This document shows positions 8,895 to 19,650 of a DNA stretch of 47,312 nt, piece after piece (positions within the stretch are counted from its first letter, which is position 1; the number at the start of each line of letters is the position of its first letter). A program made the position numbers and the translations under genes. Below the pieces are notes generated by a model. That model did no database searches. It was not told the origin of the DNA and worked only from the letters and a program-made list of their open reading frames with translations. This DNA is from Nitrospinota bacterium (GTDB taxonomy: Bacteria > UBA8248), in NCBI GenBank assembly GCA_030754595.1, contig JASLZZ010000114.1, forward strand, positions 1 through 47,312, read 5' to 3'.

Positions 8895-10340
8895 ATGGAT
8901 GTCGTTTTCATCTCGCCTCCTGAATCACATTCCATCGAAAATTCGCTCCCCGAGCAGATTCAGCAGGGAGCCGGGGTCTACCCGAAATTGGGTCTTCTTT
9001 ATGTCGCGGCTTACTATGAAAATGCGAGCGGCAACCGATCGGATTTTATCGACGCCCCCGCCCTGGGCCTGGACTATGCGCAGTTCGAGGAGGAGATTCG
9101 AAAAAGACCCATTGACGTGGCCGCCATCAGTGTATTGACGTTCAATCTCATCGACTCATGCCGGGCGGTCGAACTGGTGAAAAAACATCACCCGAAGGCC
9201 AAAGTGGTTTTCGGCGGCCATCACGCGAACTACTATCCCGGTGAAACGGCGAAACTTCCACATGTCGATTACGTTCTCACCGGAGAGGGGGAAATATCAT
9301 TTACGAGCCTGATCGAAGCCATCGATCGGGGCGAGCGGCGCGAGGAGCTTTCCGCCATTCCGGGGCTGAGTTGGAAGGATCCGTTCCAGTGCAACGTGTC
9401 GGAGGGAAGGGGGGACGCGGGGAATCTAGACGATCTCCCGTTCCCGGCCCGCCACCTTATCAACCTGCGCAACTACAATAATTTGATTGGTGCGAGCGAT
9501 GTGACGGCGACGATTCAGTCTTCGAGGGGATGCCCCTTCGCGTGCACGTTCTGCGATATCCGGCGGACGGAGTTCCGTTGGAGAGATCCGGGAAACGTTG
9601 TCGATGAAGTCGAGGCGCTCGCCGATCAGGGGGTTGATGATTTTTTCTTCGTTGACGACACCATCACCATCCGCAAGAAGCGCGTCCACGAGATTTGCGA
9701 GAAAATCGTACGGCGCGGTATCAAGATTCAGTTCAAGATCAGTTCGCGGGTGGATTGCATCACCGAGGACCTTCTCCGCGATCTCAAAAAAGCGGGATGT
9801 TACCGAATCCATTACGGCGTGGAGAGCGCCTCCCAAAGAAGCCTGGATTATTTGGAAAAGGGGGTTAACCTTGACTTGGTGCGCCGGGTGTTCAAGCAAA
9901 CGCACAACGCGGGCATCGGAACTTACGCCTATATGATGATCGGCATTCCCGGAGAGACGCGAGAGGAGATGGAGCAAACCTTCGATTTCGCGGCCGAGCT
10001 GAACCCGGATTATTGCCAGTTTTCCATTTGCACCCCCTACCCCAAGACAGAGCTCTACGACCGCATGCTCCGTGACGGGATCGTTCCCCATGACTACTGG
10101 CAGGAATTCGCCGAGAAGCCCCACGAGGGGTTCAAGGTGAAATTCTGGAACCCGGATTTCGAAGAAGATGAGTTGCGCGAAATTCAGCAGCATGGCCTGA
10201 GGAAATTCTATGGACGGCCTAAATTCGTCCTTCGGGAGTTGACCCGGGTGCGAACGGCAACCGACTTTATTCGAAAAGTTTCCATGGGAGCGAATCTTCT
10301 TTTGAGACGCAAGAAAAAAACGACTTCAGCCGCTACGTGA
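8895..10340 (+). CDS. Cobalamin-binding radical SAM enzyme (class B methyltransferase-like)
   Basis: N-terminal B12-binding domain (LGLLYVAA, FGGHH, GEGE); SRGCPFACTFC; GVES; PYPKT. Confidence 0.92.
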   Translation: MDVVFISPPESHSIENSLPEQIQQGAGVYPKLGLLYVAAYYENASGNRSDFIDAPALGLDYAQFEEEIRKRPIDVAAISVLTFNLIDSCRAVELVKKHHPKAKVVFGGHHANYYPGETAKLPHVDYVLTGEGEISFTSLIEAIDRGERREELSAIPGLSWKDPFQCNVSEGRGDAGNLDDLPFPARHLINLRNYNNLIGASDVTATIQSSRGCPFACTFCDIRRTEFRWRDPGNVVDEVEALADQGVDDFFFVDDTITIRKKRVHEICEKIVRRGIKIQFKISSRVDCITEDLLRDLKKAGCYRIHYGVESASQRSLDYLEKGVNLDLVRRVFKQTHNAGIGTYAYMMIGIPGETREEMEQTFDFAAELNPDYCQFSICTPYPKTELYDRMLRDGIVPHDYWQEFAEKPHEGFKVKFWNPDFEEDELREIQQHGLRKFYGRPKFVLRELTRVRTATDFIRKVSMGANLLLRRKKKTTSAAT

Positions 10341-10382
10341 TTCCTTTGCCGCGCCGTTATAGGGCCGGGGCTTAGGACATCC

Positions 10383-10757
10383 CTACTCGGTATCACGGTC
10401 TTCTTCGGAAGCCTTCTCTTCTTGATTTTCCCGCAATTGCCCAAGGGCGATGTGGCGGGCAATGGCGGTGATGCGCTGGGACAAAATCGTCATCTGGACG
10501 AACAGATAAATCAACAAAAATACGATTCCCGCCAATATCATGACTACCCAGGCCTGCTGGGCGTCCTGCGTCCCGGTGACCCATCTGAGGAGCCCCCAGG
10601 CGGGCGGAAAATTGAGGGTGAAGACGCCGAGGCCGAGCAAGAGCAACCAGGCCACCCCGTAGCCGATATAGAGGCGCACCCGCACAATCAGATAAAAGGT
10701 GTATATGGCTAATAGCAGGGCCGAGAGATTGGCGAATATCAGAAATGTCGTCCTCAT
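10383..10757 (-). CDS. DUF2304-like small membrane protein
   Basis: Three hydrophobic segments and C-terminal RITAIARHIAL; ATG overlaps the GT2 stop. Confidence 0.75.
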   Translation of the reverse strand: MRTTFLIFANLSALLLAIYTFYLIVRVRLYIGYGVAWLLLLGLGVFTLNFPPAWGLLRWVTGTQDAQQAWVVMILAGIVFLLIYLFVQMTILSQRITAIARHIALGQLRENQEEKASEEDRDTE

Positions 10758-11479
10758 TCCTTGGGCTCCCACCGCTCGTCCATCCAAGCCCGCACCAGCG
10801 AGCACAGAATAAGCGTGCCCGTCATCATCGGGTAGGAGATTAGCGCCAGGCCTCCGTACATCGACACCCCCGCTTCCCGTTCGGCGAATGTCGCCGGATG
10901 CTCGGCGATGCGGAATCCGCGCCGGCCCAGGTAAACCAGGATTTCCGCGTGCATGTCGAGAAAGCCCCCGGCCGCTATGATGGGCAGGGACTCTTCTCCG
11001 ACGGCTTTCATGCCCGAGGTGGAGTCGGTGATTTTTTGGCCGGTCAGGGCGCTCGCCAAGCGGCTGAAGAATTGATTCCCCCAGTAACGGCCAGCCGAAG
11101 CCCCCTTTGTGTCACTTTCCAGATAGCGCGAGGCGATGATGATGTCGCCTTCCCCGCGGATGAGTTTTTCCATCATTGGCGCGATTTCGCGGGCCGGGTG
11201 CTGGCCGTCGCCGTCGAAAAAGACGGCCCGGCGGTAGCCGTTTTCGACGGCCCAGGCGCATCCGATCTGAATCGCATTACCGTATCCCAGGTTGCAGGGG
11301 AGGTAGAGGTGCCGGACCCCGAGCCCTTCGACTATTCGGCGGGTGGCGTCCGAGGAGTGATCGTTCACGACGAGGATGTCCAGCCCGGCGGCGTTTTCCC
11401 GAAGGTCAGCGATGACGCGCTCGATGCTTTCTTCCTCGTTATGGGCGGGAATGATTGCGAGATCGGGGGAGGTAGCCAC
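10754..11479 (-). CDS. GT2 glycosyltransferase (polyprenol-phosphate glycosyltransferase-like)
   Basis: IIPAHNEE, VVNDHSSD, DGDGQH, TDSTSG motifs. Confidence 0.93.
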   Translation of the reverse strand: MATSPDLAIIPAHNEEESIERVIADLRENAAGLDILVVNDHSSDATRRIVEGLGVRHLYLPCNLGYGNAIQIGCAWAVENGYRRAVFFDGDGQHPAREIAPMMEKLIRGEGDIIIASRYLESDTKGASAGRYWGNQFFSRLASALTGQKITDSTSGMKAVGEESLPIIAAGGFLDMHAEILVYLGRRGFRIAEHPATFAEREAGVSMYGGLALISYPMMTGTLILCSLVRAWMDERWEPKE

Positions 11480-12345
11480 TATGAGAAACTCCTCTCCTCG
11501 GGGGCCCGACGGGCAAGGACGGTGACGATATCGAAGGCGTTAAAATAGAGAGAGGGGCCTCTCTCCATCGATACCGATCCGTTCCCGGTCAACAAACGGG
11601 CTGCCCTGCCGATTCGAAGCCGCCTTCCGAAGTATCGGAAGGAAACCGGAGTCAGCCCCGCTCTTTTCAATATCTCGGTCAGCGTCTCCTTGGTGAAGAA
11701 GTACAGATGAACCGGGGGGAGCATCAGCCACCAATGCTTCCTCAAAACCCTTGCAACCAGCGAGCCGATATCTCCAGTGGATAATACCAGCCAACCGTTA
11801 GGTTTGAGCCTGGCAGAGGAGGTCTGGATATCCAGCAACGGGTTGGTCAGATGTTCAATGGTGTCCCACATCGAGATGATATCGAACTCGCCCCAATTAT
11901 CAGGGATGCTATTCGCCGTTCCGGCCACAGCGGTGAGGCCCGCCTGTTGGGCTATTTCGATGCAATATTCGGAGAAATCCACGCCCGACACCTTCCAGCC
12001 GCTTTGTTCGGCAACCTTCATGAAGCCACCGGTTGCGCATCCGATATCGAGCCAGTTTCCATTTTGAATCCCGCTTTTTTGGACGATCCATCGAATCCAT
12101 TTCAAGTAATCGGGTGTCCGTTGCTCGATTTGATCCTGATAATTCCGATACATAAGCCCTTGGAAGTAATCTTGCCCGTAAATGGACTTCAACGACGCAT
12201 TATCAGGAATCGGTTCCGTGAATTTGAGGCCGCAGGAGAGGCATTTTAGAATCGAATACCCGGATTTTTTGTATTGAAGTTCAAAAGATTGGCTGTCGCA
12301 TATATTGCAGGTTCGCGAGGTTGAAGGAGTCGATGCATTTAGCAA
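11479..12345 (-). CDS. Class I SAM-dependent methyltransferase with N-terminal zinc ribbon
   Basis: CNIC/CLSC, LDIGCATG, WDTIEHL, P.HLYFF motifs; lower GC. Confidence 0.9.
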   Translation of the reverse strand: MLNASTPSTSRTCNICDSQSFELQYKKSGYSILKCLSCGLKFTEPIPDNASLKSIYGQDYFQGLMYRNYQDQIEQRTPDYLKWIRWIVQKSGIQNGNWLDIGCATGGFMKVAEQSGWKVSGVDFSEYCIEIAQQAGLTAVAGTANSIPDNWGEFDIISMWDTIEHLTNPLLDIQTSSARLKPNGWLVLSTGDIGSLVARVLRKHWWLMLPPVHLYFFTKETLTEILKRAGLTPVSFRYFGRRLRIGRAARLLTGNGSVSMERGPSLYFNAFDIVTVLARRAPEERSFS

Positions 12346-12427
12346 ATAATATCCTCCACGGCGAGTTGCGAGTCAGCATCCACTATGCGCAACGATCTTT
12401 CAAGTCAGCCAGGAATACCAATAAATC

Positions 12428-14491
12428 TTGGGGTCCAAATTGAACGCGGTCATTTCAAAAAAATTATTGCAGTGGATTCCGCCGGCCATCCCTTTGGTTT
12501 TTTTGATATTTTCTCCCGGAGAGGCCCTGGGCGGCGGAGGTTTAATACCCCTCTTACATCTATTTCATTTACTCATGGCCGGAGCGGCTGTTTATCTATT
12601 GTTTCTGATCGGCCATATGGCGTTGGACCGAGCGGGATTGCTTCCCGGCGATTATTTTGAGCGGATACTTCTCGCGATATGTACGGGTTTTTTCGTTCTT
12701 GGGGTTTCTCTTTTTTTATTGGCCTCGGCGGGAGCGCTCCGCCCATGGATTGTGTGGCCGCTGGCGGTCCTCGCCGGTTGGTTTTCGAAAAGATCGTCGG
12801 TCGATGAATTTATCGCTTCCGACCGGGCGGATAGATGGAAATGGGAAAAGGGCCCGGTCCGGGCCGCCGCCATCGGCCTTGGAGTGTTATTCGTCCTGCT
12901 CTTCGGGGGGTCTTTACTCGAAGCGCTCATTCCGTCTCCTCATTCGCCCGATGCCCTGGCGCACAACCTCGCTTACGCCAGGCTGTTCGCCGAATCCGGG
13001 GGCTTGGTGTTCACGACCCACAGCCCCTTGTTTTTTGCCATCACCGGGTACTGGGAATTTTTTCTTGCCAGCGTTGCCTTGTTCGTTCCCTCGGACGTCT
13101 CGATGTTGGTGCTTGCCCAGCTCTTTCACCTGATATTGGGGCTCGGGGGCACGGCCTTGGGGATCGTCTGTCTCGTTCGGAGGCTTTCGCACCTCGACAA
13201 CCGGGAGGCATTGGCGTTCGGAATCTTCGGTGCGGTGCTTTTCGCGGGGATGCGAATCGACGTTTTTCACGTCAGGCGGTTTCCGCTGCTCATCGTTGCC
13301 CCCAAGTCGGATCTGTTTATCGTGGCCCTACAGGCGGCCGGGGCGCTGGCGTTTTTCGAATCGATGCGGATCCGGGCGACCGGCGCGGGGTGGGCCCTTC
13401 TGGGTGGATTGCTGCTCGGTGCGGCCTCGGGGGTCAAACTGACGGCCGGTCTGGCCTCCGTGGCCCTGGGGGTCGCCTTCATGATTTATCCGCCCGAGGC
13501 CGTTTCGCTCCGGAAGCGGGCCTCGCTGGCCGGTTGGGCGGCGGCCGGGCTCGCTATCGGACTCGCGCCCATGTTGGCGAAAAACGCCCTTGCCCTCGGG
13601 AACCCGATCTATCCCATGATGACCTCGTATTTCGGGACATATGAGAATCCCGAATATCTCCGGTATGTCATTTCCGGGTTCAGGGACACGCGCGGTTCTT
13701 GGCTCGACACGGGGTGGCGGCTATCCAGGCTCATCGCGCCCTCGGCGGCATTTGCGACCCTTCTGGCGGGTTTCTGGCCGGGGATGGCCCCGCGAGGAGC
13801 GTTGGCGCTATTTCTTGCCGTTCCTGTATCGATAGCGGTTTCGGTGGCGGTGTTTTCGGGGACCTTTCCGACGCGCTACGCCCTGTTCATCACCGCCTTC
13901 GCGGCCGCCTGCGCCGCCTGTCTCGCGGGCGCCCTCATCGATCGCCTTCGGGCGCGATTGGAGAGCGTGGGAGATTTTCCCACCCGCCGCGCGCTGCCGG
14001 CGGCATGGATTCTCCTTTTCACGCTCGCCGCCCTCCCCACGCATCTGGACAATCGCCTCAAGCGCGCGTTCAGAACCGCCGGAAAAACGACCATTCTCCG
14101 CGAGCGGGTGTACCGCATGAATCCGGTCTCGCGCTTTCAGGCCGGATGGAAGGGCCGCCTTCCGGAGGGGGCGAGGCCGATGACCTTCTACCGGCCCGAG
14201 CGGCTTTTTGCCGTGACCCGGGGATGGCTCCCGGTGGTTGCTGTCGAGAGTCCCTCGTTGGCGGCCCTGTTCCTGCGCGAGTCCGATGGCCCGGAGATTG
14301 AAAGGGCGCTCTTTAAGAGGGGGATCACCCACGTCTACTTCGGATCGCCGCTCGTCCCGCCGGGGTTTCCGCTGGACGCCCGGCCGCTTGCCTCTCATCT
14401 GCGAAACCGCCCGCCGCTCTGGCGGGAAAGTGGAATCGAGATGTACGCCCTGTCCTCCGGAAAAATGAGAAAGGGAATAGAAGGAAGGTAA
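12428..14491 (+). CDS. Polytopic membrane protein, probably GT-C-like glycosyltransferase
   Basis: Many hydrophobic segments, D..AH.L..A loop motif, GVK, GNPIYP and RY motifs; adjacent to GT2. Confidence 0.65.
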   Translation: MGSKLNAVISKKLLQWIPPAIPLVFLIFSPGEALGGGGLIPLLHLFHLLMAGAAVYLLFLIGHMALDRAGLLPGDYFERILLAICTGFFVLGVSLFLLASAGALRPWIVWPLAVLAGWFSKRSSVDEFIASDRADRWKWEKGPVRAAAIGLGVLFVLLFGGSLLEALIPSPHSPDALAHNLAYARLFAESGGLVFTTHSPLFFAITGYWEFFLASVALFVPSDVSMLVLAQLFHLILGLGGTALGIVCLVRRLSHLDNREALAFGIFGAVLFAGMRIDVFHVRRFPLLIVAPKSDLFIVALQAAGALAFFESMRIRATGAGWALLGGLLLGAASGVKLTAGLASVALGVAFMIYPPEAVSLRKRASLAGWAAAGLAIGLAPMLAKNALALGNPIYPMMTSYFGTYENPEYLRYVISGFRDTRGSWLDTGWRLSRLIAPSAAFATLLAGFWPGMAPRGALALFLAVPVSIAVSVAVFSGTFPTRYALFITAFAAACAACLAGALIDRLRARLESVGDFPTRRALPAAWILLFTLAALPTHLDNRLKRAFRTAGKTTILRERVYRMNPVSRFQAGWKGRLPEGARPMTFYRPERLFAVTRGWLPVVAVESPSLAALFLRESDGPEIERALFKRGITHVYFGSPLVPPGFPLDARPLASHLRNRPPLWRESGIEMYALSSGKMRKGIEGR

Positions 14492-14721
14492 GGAGCGTTT
14501 TCAGGGCAGATGCAGCCTTCTTACTTTTTCGGTTTCGCGGGAAAAGAGGGGCCGGTTGCGCTTTGGACGATCAGGGTTCAAAAAATATCGCTCATTGTGC
14601 TCTTGGCGACGAGGGCCTACGTCAACATCGCGCGGACCGGCGGAGCGCACAAAAAGGTGAACTGATTTTCGAGGCGGACGATCCGGCTCCTCTCTGAGAA
14701 TGACAGGGAGGGCTACTTCAG

Positions 14722-14751
14722 TTGACCTCCGCGATGGTTACCCTTTACATT
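14722..14751 (+). promoter_or_regulatory. Putative sigma70 promoter of sdhCAB
   Basis: TTGACC-N18-TACATT about 60 nt upstream of the sdhC ATG. Confidence 0.45.
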
Positions 14752-14812
14752 CGTATGCTTGGGTTTTCACCTCGCTGATTGTGAATCGGCCCGATGGCCG
14801 GGGAGTGGAGGA

Positions 14813-15490
14813 ATGAAACAAATCGCGCACTGGTACTTATCCTCCATCGGAGCCAAGCTGGTGATGGCCGTGACGGGCGTGCTTCTTTTCGGGTTCGTTC
14901 TCGGTCATATGACGGGCAATTTGCTGATGTTCGCCGGGCCGGATGCGATGAACGCCTACGCCCACTTTCTCCAAGAAAAAGGAATGCTGCTTTTGGCCGT
15001 CCGGGCGGGGCTCCTCGCTATTTTTGCGGTCCATATCGCCTCGGCCATCCGGGTTCACCGACAGAACCGGGCCGCGCGGCCCGAACCCTACGCGGTCTCG
15101 AGCTATCTGGTCACGACTTACGCCGCGCGCACGATTTTCGTCAGCGGGCTCATCGTCCTGGCGTTCGTGATTTACCACCTCCTTCACTACACCCTCGGGG
15201 TGACGAACCCCGAGTTTTTGAGGATGCTCGACCCCCAGGGCCGGCGGGACGTCTACGGCATGGTGATCACCGGCTTCACGAACCGGGCCGTCGCCTTGAG
15301 CTACATCGTCGCGATGCTCCTTCTTTCCTCGCACCTGAGCCACGGGCTCACCAGCTTGTTCCAGACGCTGGGCCTGCACGGCCCGAAGTTCAAGCCTCTT
15401 GTGAACAAGGTCGGCCCGGCGGTGGCCATCGTGATTTTTATCGGCTTCGCATCGATTCCCTTGGCCGTACTGTCGGGCAGGCTAAACTAA
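14813..15490 (+). CDS. sdhC: Succinate dehydrogenase cytochrome b subunit (single-subunit anchor)
   Basis: [13 protein letters not shown], conserved His residues, HLSHG..S.FQTLG; GGAGG RBS. Confidence 0.93.
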   Translation: MKQIAHWYLSSIGAKLVMAVTGVLLFGFVLGHMTGNLLMFAGPDAMNAYAHFLQEKGMLLLAVRAGLLAIFAVHIASAIRVHRQNRAARPEPYAVSSYLVTTYAARTIFVSGLIVLAFVIYHLLHYTLGVTNPEFLRMLDPQGRRDVYGMVITGFTNRAVALSYIVAMLLLSSHLSHGLTSLFQTLGLHGPKFKPLVNKVGPAVAIVIFIGFASIPLAVLSGRLN

Positions 15491-15509
15491 ACCCGAGGAG
15501 GCACGCCGT

Positions 15510-17417
15510 ATGAAACTGGACGCGAAAATCCCCTCGGGGCCGATGGCCGGGAAGTGGGAGAAACGCAAGTTCGAGGGCAAGCTGGTCAACCCGTCGAACA
15601 AGCGCAAGTACAACATCATCGTGGTCGGCTCGGGTCTCGCCGGCGGCGGCGCGGCGGCCTCGCTCGGCGAGTTGGGCTACAACGTGGATTGCTTCTGTTT
15701 TCAGGACAGCTCCCGGCGTGCCCATTCCATCGCCGCCCAGGGCGGAATCAACTCCGCCAAGAACTACCAGAACGACGGCGACAGCGTATATCGCCTTTTC
15801 TACGACACGGTGAAGGGCGGCGACTTCCGCTCGCGGGAGGCGAACGTCCACCGTCTCGCCGAGGTAAGCGCCGCGATCATCGACCAGTGCGTGGCGATGG
15901 GCGTGCCCTTCGCCCGGGAGTACGGCGGCACGCTGGCGAACCGCTCCTTCGGCGGAGCCCAGGTTTCGCGGACATTTTACGCGCGGGGCCAGACCGGCCA
16001 GCAGCTCCTCCTCGGCGTTTACTCCGCCCTGAGCCGCCAGATCGGAGCGGGGCAGGTGAGGATGCACCCGCGCACCGAAATGCTCGACCTCGTTGTCGTC
16101 GATGGCCACGCCAAGGGCATCGTCACCCGCGACCTGATCACCGGCAAGATCGAATCCTGGGCGGCCGATGCCGTTGTCCTGGCGACCGGCGGCTACGGCC
16201 CGGTGTTCTACCTCTCCACCAACGCCGTGGGCAACAATGTGACGGCGGCCTACCGCGCCCATAAAAAAGGCGCGCTCTTCGCCAACCCCTGCTACACCCA
16301 GATTCACCCGACCTGCATTCCCTTGAGCGGCGACCATCAATCGAAGCTGACGCTGATGAGCGAGTCCCTCCGCAACGACGGGCGCATCTGGGTGCCCAAA
16401 AAACAGGGCGACACCCGCGCTCCGGGCGATATTCCCGATGCCGAGCGCGACTACTACCTCGAGCGCATGTACCCGAGCTTCGGCAACCTCGCCCCGAGGG
16501 ACATCTCCTCGCGGGCGGCCAAGCGCGCCTGCGACGAGGGCCGGGGCGTGGGTCCGGGCAGGTTGGGCGTCTACCTCGACTTCAGGGACGCTCTCTCCCG
16601 CCTGGGCGATGACACCATCTGCCAGCGCTACGGCAACCTTTTCGACATGTACGAGCGCATCACGGGCGAGAACGCCTATAACATGCCCATGCGAATCTAT
16701 CCGGCCATCCACTACACCATGGGCGGCCTCTGGGTGGACTACGACCTGATGAGCAACGTGCCCGGCCTCTACGTGCTGGGCGAGGCCAACTTCTCCGACC
16801 ACGGGGCGAACCGCCTCGGCGCCAGCGCCCTGATGCAGGGCCTCGCCGACGGCTGCTTCGTCATTCCCTACACCATCGCCGAATACCTGGCCGGCACGGC
16901 GCCGGGCGAGGTGGGGACCGACCACGATGAATTCAAAAAATCCCAGAACGAAGTAAGCGACCGGATCCGGACGCTTCTCTCGGTCAACGGGAAGCGGTCG
17001 GCCACCTCCTTCCACCGTGAGCTCGGCCTTCTGATGTGGGAGAAATGCGGCATGGCCCGCAACGAGGCGGATCTCAAGTCGGCGCTCGAGATGATCCCCG
17101 CCCTCCGGGAGGAGTTCTGGGAGAACGTCAAAGTCACCGGAAGCGGCAACGACCTGAACAGCGAGCTCGAAAGGGCGGGCCGGGTAGCCGATTTTCTCGA
17201 GTTCGGTGAACTTCTCGTCACCGACGCGATCACCCGCGAGGAGTCCTGCGGCGGCCACTTCCGCGAGGAGTACCAGACCGAGGAAGGCGAGGCCATGCGC
17301 GACGACGAGAACTTCTCCTTCGTCGGCGCCTGGGAATACACCGGGGAGACCCCTATCCTTCACAAGGAAAACCTCGAGTTCGAGGAAGTGCATCTTGCCG
17401 TGAGGAGCTATAAATAA
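15510..17417 (+). CDS. sdhA: Succinate dehydrogenase/fumarate reductase flavoprotein
   Basis: [41 protein letters not shown]. Confidence 0.97.
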   Translation: MKLDAKIPSGPMAGKWEKRKFEGKLVNPSNKRKYNIIVVGSGLAGGGAAASLGELGYNVDCFCFQDSSRRAHSIAAQGGINSAKNYQNDGDSVYRLFYDTVKGGDFRSREANVHRLAEVSAAIIDQCVAMGVPFAREYGGTLANRSFGGAQVSRTFYARGQTGQQLLLGVYSALSRQIGAGQVRMHPRTEMLDLVVVDGHAKGIVTRDLITGKIESWAADAVVLATGGYGPVFYLSTNAVGNNVTAAYRAHKKGALFANPCYTQIHPTCIPLSGDHQSKLTLMSESLRNDGRIWVPKKQGDTRAPGDIPDAERDYYLERMYPSFGNLAPRDISSRAAKRACDEGRGVGPGRLGVYLDFRDALSRLGDDTICQRYGNLFDMYERITGENAYNMPMRIYPAIHYTMGGLWVDYDLMSNVPGLYVLGEANFSDHGANRLGASALMQGLADGCFVIPYTIAEYLAGTAPGEVGTDHDEFKKSQNEVSDRIRTLLSVNGKRSATSFHRELGLLMWEKCGMARNEADLKSALEMIPALREEFWENVKVTGSGNDLNSELERAGRVADFLEFGELLVTDAITREESCGGHFREEYQTEEGEAMRDDENFSFVGAWEYTGETPILHKENLEFEEVHLAVRSYK

Positions 17418-18166
17418 TGATCTTCACCTTGCGCATCTGGAGGCAAAAGCATGCCCGGGACAAGGGCAGGTTTGAGACCTACGAAATGAAGGGCGTCAGC
17501 CCCGACATGTCGTTTCTCGAGATGCTCGACGTCCTGAGCGACTCTCTCGTCGATAGGGGAGAGGATGCCCTCACCTTCGACAACGATTGCCGCGAGGGCA
17601 TCTGCGGCATGTGCTCGCTCACCATCAACGGCGTCCCGCACGGCCCCGACCAGGGGGGCACCGTCTGCCAGCTCCACATGCGGCGCTACAAGGAGGGCGA
17701 CACGATCACCATCGAGCCCTGGCGGGTCTCGCCCTTCCCGGTCCTCAAGGATCTGGCCGTGGACCGCTCCGCCTTCGACCGGATTATCCAGGCGGGCGGC
17801 TACATCACCACCAACGCGGGTAGCGCGGTGGACGCGAACGCCATCCTGGTCCCCAGGGCGGACGCCGAAACCGCCATGGACGCGGCCGCCTGCATCGGCT
17901 GCGGCGCCTGCGCGGCCTCTTGCCCGAACGGCTCGGCCATGCTCTTCGTGGCGGCCAAGGTGTCCCACCTCGCCCATCTGCCCCAGGGAGCGCCCGAGCG
18001 CGCCCAGCGGGTTTTGAGCATGGTGAGCCAGATGGACCAAGAAGGTTTCGGCAACTGCACCAATCATTCCGAGTGCGAGGCCGTCTGCCCCAAGGAAATC
18101 AACGTGAGCCACATCGCCAAGATCAACCGGGAGTTCATCCGCGCCGCCGTGAAAAGTATTTTCTAA
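17417..18166 (+). CDS. sdhB: Succinate dehydrogenase iron-sulfur subunit
   Basis: [24 protein letters not shown]...CP; TAATG coupling to sdhA. Confidence 0.97.
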   Translation: MIFTLRIWRQKHARDKGRFETYEMKGVSPDMSFLEMLDVLSDSLVDRGEDALTFDNDCREGICGMCSLTINGVPHGPDQGGTVCQLHMRRYKEGDTITIEPWRVSPFPVLKDLAVDRSAFDRIIQAGGYITTNAGSAVDANAILVPRADAETAMDAAACIGCGACAASCPNGSAMLFVAAKVSHLAHLPQGAPERAQRVLSMVSQMDQEGFGNCTNHSECEAVCPKEINVSHIAKINREFIRAAVKSIF

Positions 18167-18183
18167 GACAAGAGAGAGAACAG

Positions 18184-18585
18184 ATGATGAGGATTCGTTT
18201 CTTCGGCCTCTTTTTCACGGCGGTCCTGTTCGCCGCATTTTTGCTTCCGTCCGCGGCATCAGCGGCCGAATGGCAAACCTATAGCCGGGACGCGTACATC
18301 CAGTCCAAAAGCGCGGGCAAGATCGTACTCGTTGCCGTTCACGCCGACTGGTGTTCTACCTGCCGGAGGCAGTTGCCTCTGCTCGAAAGCCTGGTCAAGG
18401 AAAAAGCGTTCGAGAACGCCGTGGCCTACCGGGTCGATTTCGACACCGACAAGAAATTCCTGAGCGAGCACCGCGTCCGGTGGCAGAGCACCCTGATCGT
18501 CTTCAAGGGCGAAAAGGAAGTGGGCCGCTCCGCCGCCGACCTCGACAAAAACGCCATCCGTAAGCTCTTATCTAGGGGCCTTTAG
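18184..18585 (+). CDS. Exported thioredoxin family protein
   Basis: Signal peptide (ASA-AE), HADWCSTC, QSTLIVFKG. Confidence 0.88.
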   Translation: MMRIRFFGLFFTAVLFAAFLLPSAASAAEWQTYSRDAYIQSKSAGKIVLVAVHADWCSTCRRQLPLLESLVKEKAFENAVAYRVDFDTDKKFLSEHRVRWQSTLIVFKGEKEVGRSAADLDKNAIRKLLSRGL

Positions 18586-18595
18586 GGGCGCGGGT

Positions 18596-19552
18596 TTATT
18601 CCCCGTTCAGCCTCGCCGTTTCCCACAGCTTCCGCCACCGCTCCGCATCCTCGCGGATCAGGTGGTGAGCGATGATTCCCCTCTCGGTGACGTAGCAGGT
18701 GATCAGATCGCCGGGGATCGTCTCGAAGGTGACGTTCTCGCAAATATCGCCCGAGCCGGGCCAGACCTCCTCGCCCGGGCCTCTTTCCAGGACGACATCC
18801 GCCGCGGTCAGCCGGCCGCTGATCTTGAAGGTGTCGGAGATGACGGCGCAGGGTTTTCCGAAACGGCGGGCGGCCAGCGCCGCCGGGAGGCTGCCCACTT
18901 TGTTGACGGCGGCGGTGTCGCGGCAGATCGTGTCCGCGCCGATCAGCAGGGCGTCCGCCTCCCGCATGAACAGGCCCACCTCGGCGTCGGTGACGCAGCG
19001 CGCCTCGCGGCCCGCCCCCCTGAGCCGTTCGACCGTCCGCCTGCCCTCGAGCAGGGGCCTCGACTCGGCGACGATGATCTCGCAGCCCTCTGGCGCGGCG
19101 GTTTTCAGCGCCTCCTCGACCGACGAGGAATAGCTGAGGGTGATTACGCGCTCCGCGTCCCGGAGTATGGTTCCCGCCGCCCCGGCCATGCGTCCGGCGT
19201 GGGAGGCGATGCGGGCTTTCATGGAATCGGCGATCTCAAGGCCGAGAGCGCCCAGCCCGCCGGGCTCGCTGATCGGCTCCGATTTCAGGCGCTCCCGAAA
19301 ACCGGCGTAAAACATGAGCACCCAGTTGCCGGGGGCGGCCATCGAGGGGCGGAGGCCGTCGATCCTCCGGACCATATTCAGGATCTCCGGCAGGGGGTCG
19401 GCCGCCTGGTTATCCGTCTGGTTAACCGAGACGGCGGCGCAGGTCTCCGCCATCAGGTCCAGACCCAACACTGCCAGCTGAGCGGCTCCCGAGGATTTGT
19501 CCACGGCGATTTTCAAGTCCGCCCGCTCAATCGCCTCGGTCTTCCGGCTCAT
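18596..19552 (-). CDS. eIF2B/MtnA/ribose-1,5-bisphosphate isomerase superfamily protein
   Basis: RPSMA, ESRPLLEG, GAD, NKVGS, F.E.IP..LIT..VTE.G; AAGGAGG RBS. Confidence 0.88.
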   Translation of the reverse strand: MSRKTEAIERADLKIAVDKSSGAAQLAVLGLDLMAETCAAVSVNQTDNQAADPLPEILNMVRRIDGLRPSMAAPGNWVLMFYAGFRERLKSEPISEPGGLGALGLEIADSMKARIASHAGRMAGAAGTILRDAERVITLSYSSSVEEALKTAAPEGCEIIVAESRPLLEGRRTVERLRGAGREARCVTDAEVGLFMREADALLIGADTICRDTAAVNKVGSLPAALAARRFGKPCAVISDTFKISGRLTAADVVLERGPGEEVWPGSGDICENVTFETIPGDLITCYVTERGIIAHHLIREDAERWRKLWETARLNGE

Positions 19553-19650
19553 CGCGCTTGTGACCTCCTTGATCGTTTCGGGGGCCGATGATATCCCAGT
19601 TGAAGTTCCCATCCCATTTACCGCGGCATCATATCAAGAGGAGTTCCGCG

